32,000 nucleotides of DNA from Telmatocola sphagniphila. Lineage in GTDB: Bacteria > Planctomycetota > Planctomycetia > Gemmatales > Gemmataceae. The notes beneath the pieces are model-generated. The model did no database searches. It was given only the letters and a program-made list of their open reading frames with translations, and was not told the origin of the DNA. The DNA is taken from assembly GCF_018398935.1 (NCBI RefSeq), contig NZ_CP074694.1:3780001-3812000 (forward strand), written 5' to 3'. Shown here one piece after another: positions 25,547 through 32,000 of this stretch (within the stretch, counting starts at the first letter, position 1; each line of letters opens with the position of its first letter). Position numbers and translations under genes: made by a program.

Positions 25547-25583
25547 GCTGAATGCTGATTGCTGATCGCTGACCGCTACTTCG
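25547..25583. repeat. Degenerate heptamer array in inverted orientation relative to 25410..25463
   Basis: The minus strand reads CGAAGTAGC-GGTCAGC-GATCAGC-AATCAGC-ATTCAGC. This is the same CGAAGTAGC+(NNTCAGC)n layout as the left arm, and it includes the TAG stop of 25576..25911. Confidence 0.8.
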
Positions 25584-25911
25584 CAATAAACGAAAGCAGC
25601 GAAAAACCCTTCGCTGCCGCCTCATGCAGGGTCGTCCAAGCGGCTGTCACGCGCTTTTCCTCGTCTTCGCGAAACTTTTCATCGAATTGAGATTTGGCGA
25701 ATGGGCCGGCGCAAACCATCGGCTCGAAATCTCTGTGCAGGATATACTGACCCACTTCCGGGCAGCAGCGAATGTGACAATCGGCGTGCTGATGCAGCAC
25801 TTCGATGCCCACTTCCCCCAGCAGATATCGCAAATAAAGCAGAGATTCCGGCAGGGTATCCACCGGTAACCGGCATACCGCACAGATATACCCTTCGTCG
25901 CAGCGGGCCAT
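25576..25911 (-). CDS. Small Cys/His-rich hypothetical protein
   Basis: ATG start, 111 aa. The CDEGYICAVC and HQHADCHIRCC clusters suggest metal binding. I recognise no family. Confidence 0.5.
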   Translation of the reverse strand: MARCDEGYICAVCRLPVDTLPESLLYLRYLLGEVGIEVLHQHADCHIRCCPEVGQYILHRDFEPMVCAGPFAKSQFDEKFREDEEKRVTAAWTTLHEAAAKGFSLLSFIAK

Positions 25912-26007
25912 ATTCGCACCACATTTCCGATAAATTCGCGGCCTTGAGCTATCCGCATTATAAAAAGAGAGATTGCAGTATTCGCAATTTCTTCGGGAAG
26001 AAGTACC

Positions 26008-27492
26008 GTGGCAGTTCCCATCGTCGCCATCGTTGGCCGTCCCAACGTCGGCAAGTCGTCGCTTTTCAACTGGTTAGTGGGCCGACGAGTCAGCATCGTC
26101 GATCCCACGGCCGGGGTGACACGCGACCGTATCTCCGAAATCATCGAAGGGGAAGATTACTCCTTCGAACTGACCGACACCGGCGGTATCGGGATCGTCG
26201 ACGAACATAAACTCGAGGCCGATGTCAGCAAACAGATTCAGACAGCCATCGAGGAAGCCACAGTCATTATTTTGCTGACCGATGTCCGTGATGGCGTGAT
26301 GCCTTTGGATCTCGATGTGGCCGATCGGTTGCGAAATATCAGCAAACCAGTCATTCTGGTAGTCAACAAGTGCGATACTCCCGAACTGATGCTTCAAGCC
26401 AGCGATTTCCATCGTCTGGGCTACAGTCCGCTGATTCCCGTCAGCGTTCTCCAGCGCAAAAACAAAGATAAGCTTCTGGAAGCCATCACCGATCAACTGC
26501 CCAAAGACCAATCCGAAATTGCCGAAACGGACCTGAAGATCGCTATCGTCGGTAAACGAAACGTCGGCAAATCGACCTTCGTAAACAAAATGGCCAATGC
26601 CGAGCGCGTGATCGTCAGCGAGATTCCCGGCACAACTCGCGACAGCGTCGACGTCCGTTTCGAGCGGGATGGGAAAAACTTCGTCGTGATCGACACGGCC
26701 GGGTTGCGCAACAAAAGCAGCATGGCCAACAGCATCGAATTCTACAGTCAGGTGCGCGCCGAGGAATCGATCCGCCGGGCCGATGTGGTGCTGCAGTTTT
26801 TCGATTGCCGCGAAGACCTGTCGCGCATCGACAAACAGTTGGCCGGTTACATTTACAAGTACCAGAAACCGGCGATTTTCGTGGTGAATAAATGGGACCT
26901 GGCGCCGGAGCATGTCTCCACGGAAGAGTATGGGGAATACGTCGAGAAGATGTTCCCGATGCTCGATTTCGTGCCGATCGCTTTCATCACGGCCAAGCAG
27001 GGGCGAAACGTCTTCAAAGTCTGGAATCTGGCCCAGAATATTGCCAAGCAGTGCAAGTTACGAATAGGAACTGGAGAGCTCAATCGTCTGATCGAGGATG
27101 CCTGGACGAAGAACCCGGCGCCGCAAAAAGGCCAGCGGATGCCCAAGATTTACTACGCCACGCAGACGGCTGTCGAACCTCCCACCATTGTGATGATGGT
27201 CAATAATCCGGATCTGTTCGAGGAGACTTATCGGCGCTATTTGCTTCGATATCTGCGGGAAAACTCACCTTTCCAGGAAGTCCCGATCAAGATGGAATTC
27301 CGTTCCAAGAAGGATGCCCAGGAAAATAAGCGGATGGATCGGCCTGAAGGCATACCACTTGCAGGGTCGGAGAAGAAGCCGGTGCCGATGACGGATGGAA
27401 CGAAGGCAAAGAAAACGGAAGCGACTAAACCTCCTCGCCCGCTGCGACCTAAAAAGCCGAAGCCGAAGAAGCCCGATTTGTGGAAGTTGTAG
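26008..27492 (+). CDS. der: Ribosome-biogenesis GTPase Der (EngA) with a Lys/Pro-rich C-terminal tail
   Basis: GTG start. Two G domains are present (VAIVGRPNVGKSSLFN..DTGG..NKCD and IAIVGKRNVGKSTFVN..DTAG..NKWD), followed by a KH-like region and the tail ..KPPRPLRPKKPKPKKPDLWKL. Confidence 0.92.
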   Translation: MAVPIVAIVGRPNVGKSSLFNWLVGRRVSIVDPTAGVTRDRISEIIEGEDYSFELTDTGGIGIVDEHKLEADVSKQIQTAIEEATVIILLTDVRDGVMPLDLDVADRLRNISKPVILVVNKCDTPELMLQASDFHRLGYSPLIPVSVLQRKNKDKLLEAITDQLPKDQSEIAETDLKIAIVGKRNVGKSTFVNKMANAERVIVSEIPGTTRDSVDVRFERDGKNFVVIDTAGLRNKSSMANSIEFYSQVRAEESIRRADVVLQFFDCREDLSRIDKQLAGYIYKYQKPAIFVVNKWDLAPEHVSTEEYGEYVEKMFPMLDFVPIAFITAKQGRNVFKVWNLAQNIAKQCKLRIGTGELNRLIEDAWTKNPAPQKGQRMPKIYYATQTAVEPPTIVMMVNNPDLFEETYRRYLLRYLRENSPFQEVPIKMEFRSKKDAQENKRMDRPEGIPLAGSEKKPVPMTDGTKAKKTEATKPPRPLRPKKPKPKKPDLWKL

Positions 27493-27550
27493 AGGGATAA
27501 AAGATCGCCCGTTTCCTTTCCCCGATTCCTTCAAAATTCGACAACTGACC

Positions 27551-27578
27551 TTGCGTTCGCTCGAATAGCGTGTATAAT
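27551..27578 (+). promoter_or_regulatory. Candidate sigma70-type promoter in the AT-rich der-dcd spacer
   Basis: TTGCGT (27551-27556), a 16-nt spacer, then TATAAT (27573-27578) preceded by TG. It overlaps the inverted repeat GTGTA..TACAC (27569-27586). Confidence 0.35.
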
Positions 27579-27630
27579 TGATTACACTACTTTAGTGCGA
27601 TTTAATGAATTATTTATTAATTCCGGCGTA

Positions 27631-27670
27631 AATTGCCCAATTTGTGGAATCGTTACAATCGTTAATTTGG
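27631..27670 (+). promoter_or_regulatory. Phased AAT(C/T)(G/T) repeat block with a tandem AATCGTTA-C-AATCGTTA
   Basis: AATCGTTA occurs at 27648-27655 and at 27657-64, a 9-nt period. Weaker AATTGC / AATTTG units flank the pair. CAATCGTTAA (27656-27665) recurs upstream of nrdJ. Confidence 0.4.
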
Positions 27671-27730
27671 GATCATTTTGCCAGTCCCTTTTCGTGAAGG
27701 ACCTAAGTAGAGATTTTGGCGGTGACAATG

Positions 27731-27766
27731 AGGTGGTTGCTCATAGAAAATGAGTGCCTACCACCT
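27731..27766 (+). promoter_or_regulatory. Stem-loop immediately upstream of the dcd RBS
   Basis: aggtggt (27731-27737) pairs with accacct (27760-27766), with an inner gctcat/atgagt stem. It ends 24 nt before the dcd ATG. Confidence 0.4.
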
Positions 27767-27790
27767 CGATAATCTCGCTGAAGGTACTCC

Positions 27791-28348
27791 ATGGCTGTGC
27801 TCCCTGATTGGATGATTGAACGGGACGTTAAGATTGAGCCTTTTGAGCCTAATCTTTCTCGTCCGGGCGTAATTTCCTACGGTGTCACGAGCTATGGTTA
27901 CGACGTGCGGGTGGACCGAAACTTCAAAGTTTTCACCAATGCCCGCTGCACGATTGTGGACCCGAAAAACTTCGATCCGCAGTCTTTTGTCGACATCGTC
28001 GGGGACTACTGTCTGATTCCACCCAATAGCTTTGCCCTTGCGGAAACCATCGAATGTCTCGAGATTCCGCGTAGTGTCATTGGAATTTGCGTAGGTAAGT
28101 CGACCTATGCGCGTTGTGGGATCATCGTCAATGTCACACCTATCGAACCAGAGTGGCGCGGCCGGGTCACTATCGAGATTTCCAACACCACTCCGCTACC
28201 CGCGAAGATCTATGCCGGGGAAGGAATCGCTCAAATTCTTTTCATCCGGGCAGAAGACAATTGTCGCATCAGCTACGCCGACAAAAAGGGTAAGTATCAA
28301 GACCAGAAAGGGTTACAACTACCCTTCGTCATCACCAAATCTTCTTGA
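27791..28348 (+). CDS. dcd: dCTP deaminase (short form)
   Basis: [57 protein letters not shown].. is typical of the dCTP deaminase/dUTPase-fold family. Confidence 0.88.
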   Translation: MAVLPDWMIERDVKIEPFEPNLSRPGVISYGVTSYGYDVRVDRNFKVFTNARCTIVDPKNFDPQSFVDIVGDYCLIPPNSFALAETIECLEIPRSVIGICVGKSTYARCGIIVNVTPIEPEWRGRVTIEISNTTPLPAKIYAGEGIAQILFIRAEDNCRISYADKKGKYQDQKGLQLPFVITKSS

Positions 28349-28439
28349 TTTTCATAATAGTTTTTTAACCCCCTTCCGAGGCGGCTTTTTCGCTTGCTTT
28401 GGGGGGTCGGTGGATGTATAGATATGACTCTCGTCAGGA

Positions 28440-28490
28440 TTGACCTGTGCCACTAATCGGAATAATCGGCAAAGTCCTCGCAATCGTTAA
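28440..28490 (+). promoter_or_regulatory. Candidate nrdJ promoter overlapped by 9-nt-phased AATCG repeats
   Basis: TTGACC (28440-28445), a 17-nt spacer, then TAATCG (28463-28468). AATCGG occurs at 28455 and 28464, and AATCGTTA at 28482, giving offsets of 9 and 18 nt. CAATCGTTAA (28481-28490) is identical to 27656-27665. Confidence 0.35.
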
Positions 28491-28539
28491 ATTCGTTTGA
28501 ACGCAACTGGACGCTAAGATCACTAAGAACGGACTTTTC

Positions 28540-31500
28540 ATGCAAATCACCCGTAAATATACCGCTGAAGGCCAGGATCCATTCTCGTCGATCAAATTCG
28601 CACCCCGAACCTCGCGAATTGTGAACCCGAATGGGACTCTCGTCTTCGAAATGAAGGATATTCAGGTCCCGGAGAGCTGGTCGCAGGTCGCCGTCGATAT
28701 TCTGGCTCAAAAGTACTTCCGCAAAATGGGAGTGCCTCAGAAGTCTCAACACGTCTACGAAGAAAGTGTTCCGCACTGGCTGCAGCGTTCGAAGCCCCTG
28801 GAAGGCGATCCCTGCGATCTCTCGGAAAACGATTCCCGACAGGTCTTTCGACGCCTCGCCGGCTGCTGGACTTACTGGGGCTGGAAAGGCGGTTACCTTA
28901 AGACCGAACAGGATGCCCGCGCCTTCTTCGACGAAGTTTGCTTCATGCTCGCCACCCAGATGGCGGCCCCCAACAGCCCGCAATGGTTCAACACAGGCCT
29001 GCACTGGGCCTATGGCATCGAAGGCCCACCGCAAGGGCACTACTTCGTCAACCCGCTGACCAAACAGCTGGAACGATCGACCTCCGCATACGAACGACCC
29101 GCCCCGCACGCCTGCTTCATCCAATCGATCAAAGACGATCTGGTCAATGAAGGTGGCATCATGGACCTCTGGGTCCGCGAAGCCCGCATCTTCAAATACG
29201 GTTCCGGTACCGGTTCCAATTTCTCCGATATCCGAGGTGAAGGCGAATCGCTTTCCGGCGGCGGCAAGTCCTCCGGCCTGATGAGCTTCCTCCGCATCGG
29301 CGACCGCGCCGCGGGCGCCATCAAGTCGGGAGGCACTACCCGCCGGGCCGCCAAGATGGTCGTTCTCGATCTCGATCACCCTGACATCGAATCGTTCATC
29401 AACTGGAAAGTCATCGAAGAACAGAAAGTCGCGGCCCTGGTTCAGGGCTCCAAGCAACTGAACCGCCATCTGAATGCGATTCTGAAAGCCTGCACCGCGA
29501 CCACCGATGCCGAGCGCTTCGACCCGCGCAAGAATTCGGAACTCCGCAAGACCATCCGCGACGCCAAGGCCGAGCTGGTTCCCGAAAATTACATCGCCCG
29601 CACGATACAACTGGCGATGCAGGGGATCACCGAACTCGAAATCGAAGAGTACGATACCGACTGGAACTCCAAGGCCTACGCCACGGTCTCCGGCCAGAAC
29701 AGCAACAACAGCGTTCGCATCACCAACGAATTCATGAAAGCCGTCGAGAACGATGGCCCCTGGCATCTCTACGCTCGCACGGAAAAGCGAAAGGCCCAAA
29801 AGCAGAGCCGGGAACCCAAGCCGTTCAAGACCATGAAAGCCCGCGAACTGTGGGATGAAATCGCCTACGCGGCCTGGACCTGTGCCGACCCAGGCGTGCA
29901 ATACGACACTACCATCAACGAATGGCACACCTGCCCGGCCGGCGGATCGATCCGGGCTTCCAATCCCTGTTCGGAATATATGTTCCTCGACGATACCGCC
30001 TGCAACCTGGCGTCGATGAACCTGATCCGGTTCTACGACGAAAAAACTCAGCGCTTCGATGTGGATTCCTACATCCACGCCTCGCGACTGTGGACCATGA
30101 TTCTGGAATTCAGCGTCTACATGGCGCAGTTCCCCAGCCAGCCGGTCGCGCAACTTTCCTACGACTACCGCACGCTGGGCCTCGGTTACGCCAACATCGG
30201 CGCCCTGCTGATGCAGCAAGGCATTCCGTACGATTCCGACGAAGGCCGGGCCTGGTGCGGCGCGCTGACTTCGATCATGCACAGCGTGGCCTACTCCACC
30301 TCCGCGGAAATCGCTTCCGAAGTGGGGCCGTTCGTTCGCTTCGCGGAAAACCGCGAAGCGATGATGCGCGTCATCCGCAATCACCGTCGGGCCGCTTACA
30401 ACACGCCTTCGGAAGAGTACGAAACTCTGACGGTTCATCCCGTGGGTATCGATCCCGCCGATTGCCCCGAATACCTGCTCCAGTCGGCGCGCACCGAAGC
30501 CGATCGCATGCTGGCTCTGGGCGAAAAACATGGCTATCGCAATGCCCAGGTTACCGTCATCGCGCCGACCGGCACCATCGGCCTGGTCATGGATTGCGAC
30601 ACGACCGGCATCGAGCCCGACTTCGCCCTGGTGAAATTCAAGAAACTCGCGGGCGGCGGCTACTTCAAGATCATCAACTCTTCGGTGCCACCCGCCCTGA
30701 AGCGGTTAGGCTATAGTGAACGGCAGATCGAAGAGATCGTCCGCTACACCCGCGGTTCCGGTTCGCTGGTCGGCTGCCCGCACGTGAACAAGGAAAGCCT
30801 GATGGCCAAGGGCTTCAGCGAGGCGAGCATCGCCCGCATTGAAGCCGGCCTGCCCAGTGCTTTCGAACTGCAATTCGCCGTGAATCGCTGGACCGTCGGC
30901 GACGATGCCCTGCGGAACGAACTGCGTCTGTCGCAGGAAGTTTACGAAGCGCCGAACTTCGATCTGCTCAGCCACCTGGGTTACAGCAAAAACCAGATCA
31001 GCGAAGCCAGCGAATACGTCTGCGGCACCATGACCATCGAAGGCGCTCCGCACCTCAAGATGGAACATCTTCCCGTATTCGACTGTGCAAACAAGTGCGG
31101 CAAGCGCGGTCAGCGCTTCCTGAGCGCCCAATCGCACATCCGCATGATGGCGGCGGCTCAGCCGTTTATCTCCGGAGCGATCTCCAAGACAATCAACATG
31201 CCGCATAACGCGACGATTCAGGACGTTAAAGACGCCTATCGTATGAGCTGGCAGTTGATGGTGAAGGCGAATGCCCTGTACCGCGACGGATCCAAGCTCA
31301 GCCAGCCTCTCAACAGCGTGGCCGATGCTCCCGAAGTCGATGCGCTCAAGGCGGCTGATGAACCGGAAGCTCCCACCATCGAGCCAATTCGCGTGGCCGA
31401 GCGCGTGGTCCGCTACCTCGCCAAACGCCGTCGTCTGCCCGATCGCCGGGCAGGCTACACCCAGAAGTCGCGTATCGGCAACCACAAGCTTTATCTGCGA

Positions 31501-32000
31501 ACCGGAGAATACGAAGACGGCTCGCTCGGCGAGATCTTCGTCGATATGCACAAGGAAGGCGCGGCCTTCCGTAGCATGACCAACTGCTTCGCCATCGCGA
31601 TTTCGCTCGGCCTGCAGCATGGCGTGCCGCTCGAAGAATTCGTGGACGCGTTCGTCTTCACCCGTTTCGAACCCAACGGCAGCGTGCAGGGCAACCCGCA
31701 CATCAAGATGAGCACCTCGATCATCGATTACATCTTCCGCGAACTGGCCGTGACTTACCTGGGTCGCTACGATCTGGCCCACGTCAGCCCGGAAGATCTT
31801 CGCGGCGATGCGTTGCACGATGACGAAGAAGATGAGCCCGAGTTCGATGGCGAAGACATTCTGCCGGAAACTCCTTCGGAGACGGTCAGTAGCTCCCGCC
31901 GGATGGCCGTGCCTCGTTCGGAACATCTGAAGCCGGGCAATGGCACCAATGGCCACGGCACCACCCCCAATGGCAACGGAGCCAAGGGGAATGGAGCGAA
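28540..32000 (+). CDS. nrdJ: Adenosylcobalamin-dependent (class II) ribonucleotide reductase; 3' end lies outside the window
   Basis: This gene is not in the ORF track. Frame 1 is open from the ATG at 28540 to the window end, with an upstream in-frame TAA at 28525. My hand translation gives [185 protein letters not shown]. All of these are hallmark NrdJ blocks. Confidence 0.93.
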   Translation, partial: MQITRKYTAEGQDPFSSIKFAPRTSRIVNPNGTLVFEMKDIQVPESWSQVAVDILAQKYFRKMGVPQKSQHVYEESVPHWLQRSKPLEGDPCDLSENDSRQVFRRLAGCWTYWGWKGGYLKTEQDARAFFDEVCFMLATQMAAPNSPQWFNTGLHWAYGIEGPPQGHYFVNPLTKQLERSTSAYERPAPHACFIQSIKDDLVNEGGIMDLWVREARIFKYGSGTGSNFSDIRGEGESLSGGGKSSGLMSFLRIGDRAAGAIKSGGTTRRAAKMVVLDLDHPDIESFINWKVIEEQKVAALVQGSKQLNRHLNAILKACTATTDAERFDPRKNSELRKTIRDAKAELVPENYIARTIQLAMQGITELEIEEYDTDWNSKAYATVSGQNSNNSVRITNEFMKAVENDGPWHLYARTEKRKAQKQSREPKPFKTMKARELWDEIAYAAWTCADPGVQYDTTINEWHTCPAGGSIRASNPCSEYMFLDDTACNLASMNLIRFYDEKTQRFDVDSYIHASRLWTMILEFSVYMAQFPSQPVAQLSYDYRTLGLGYANIGALLMQQGIPYDSDEGRAWCGALTSIMHSVAYSTSAEIASEVGPFVRFAENREAMMRVIRNHRRAAYNTPSEEYETLTVHPVGIDPADCPEYLLQSARTEADRMLALGEKHGYRNAQVTVIAPTGTIGLVMDCDTTGIEPDFALVKFKKLAGGGYFKIINSSVPPALKRLGYSERQIEEIVRYTRGSGSLVGCPHVNKESLMAKGFSEASIARIEAGLPSAFELQFAVNRWTVGDDALRNELRLSQEVYEAPNFDLLSHLGYSKNQISEASEYVCGTMTIEGAPHLKMEHLPVFDCANKCGKRGQRFLSAQSHIRMMAAAQPFISGAISKTINMPHNATIQDVKDAYRMSWQLMVKANALYRDGSKLSQPLNSVADAPEVDALKAADEPEAPTIEPIRVAERVVRYLAKRRRLPDRRAGYTQKSRIGNHKLYLRTGEYEDGSLGEIFVDMHKEGAAFRSMTNCFAIAISLGLQHGVPLEEFVDAFVFTRFEPNGSVQGNPHIKMSTSIIDYIFRELAVTYLGRYDLAHVSPEDLRGDALHDDEEDEPEFDGEDILPETPSETVSSSRRMAVPRSEHLKPGNGTNGHGTTPNGNGAKGNGA

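Noticed and set aside
25356-25547. 63-aa + strand ORF translating the heptamer array as SYQLSAISYQLSAISYQL
   Set aside because: It is an out-of-frame read-through of the end of the PQQ-propeller gene and the tandem repeat. It has no RBS and runs through the operon terminator.
26074-26913. 279-aa minus-strand ORF
   Set aside because: It is antisense to der, whose two GTPase domains are unambiguous.
27569-27586. NrdR boxes upstream of dcd and nrdJ (also examined 28415-28430, tgtatagatatgac)
   Set aside because: The palindrome GTGTA-N8-TACAC has the opposite half-site polarity to the NrdR consensus (acaCwAtATaTwGtgt). The nrdJ-proximal AT-rich patch does not align to that consensus either.
27728-27772. 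14-codon upstream ORF (MRWLLIENECLPPR) in the dcd leader
   Set aside because: There is no convincing SD upstream. The ORF coincides with the stem-loop, which explains the sequence better. I keep it only as a remote leader-peptide possibility.
28453-30531. 692-aa minus-strand ORF, the longest in this part of the track
   Set aside because: It is antisense to a + strand frame that translates into unmistakable NrdJ motifs. Its own translation is Arg/Gly/Ala/Val-rich with no recognisable domain, as expected for a shadow ORF opposite a GC3-rich gene.
30706-31956. 416-aa minus-strand ORF
   Set aside because: The reasoning is the same. It lies antisense to the continuing nrdJ frame (..[17 protein letters not shown].. 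and ..[18 protein letters not shown]..).

Overview
This window looks like ordinary chromosomal DNA from a Planctomycetota-like genome. The lineage call rests on a BBP7-type outer-membrane barrel, two PQQ-like beta-propellers that begin 'DWPQ[WF]', a secreted protein with a 'LEDR' leader, and DUF4214 repeats. GC content is moderate and third codon positions are GC-rich. That bias creates many long antisense shadow ORFs in the supplied track. I support 29 protein-coding genes and see no rRNA, tRNA, CRISPR array, transposase or integrase.

Gene content, left to right:
- a PHM-like copper monooxygenase domain gene (5' partial)
- two tandem retropepsin-PDZ paralogs, a degenerate M48-like lipoprotein and a BBP7 porin with a long Pro-rich extension
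- a small membrane protein
- an alpha/beta hydrolase translationally coupled to an unknown secreted protein
- a DUF4214/PPC secreted protein
- ppa, rfbF-rfbG, a yidB-family gene, a nitroreductase and dps
- a PQQ propeller
- an HTH + B12-binding (CarH-like, Wx9EH) regulator
- a YdcZ/DMT transporter
- an ALDH/Fe-ADH operon
- a five-gene operon: Ig-like secreted protein, TPR-YggX fusion, RicT/PSP1-like protein with a Cys/Gly/Ser tail, a HEAT-like secreted protein with a beta-sandwich C-terminus, and a PQQ propeller
- a Cys/His-rich small protein, der and dcd
- a class II (B12-dependent) ribonucleotide reductase, nrdJ, on the + strand from 28540 to the window edge. The ORF track omits it and shows two large antisense artefacts (692 and 416 aa) in its place.

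The most interesting unexplained signals:
1. An orphan minus-strand promoter, structured RNA and intrinsic terminator at 20521-20790. It carries a 13-nt perfect complement to the 16S 3' tail and an 11-codon micro-ORF.
2. A shared 10-mer (CAATCGTTAA) with 9-nt-phased AATCG repeats upstream of both dcd and nrdJ.
3. The CarH-like B12 regulator.
4. The adjacent YggX-fusion and RicT-like genes, which share an Fe-S theme.
5. A roughly 180-nt inverted-repeat element built from heptamer arrays. It supplies the stop codons of two convergent genes and encloses a terminator.

Every call comes from reading the sequence and recalling family motifs. No database search was run.
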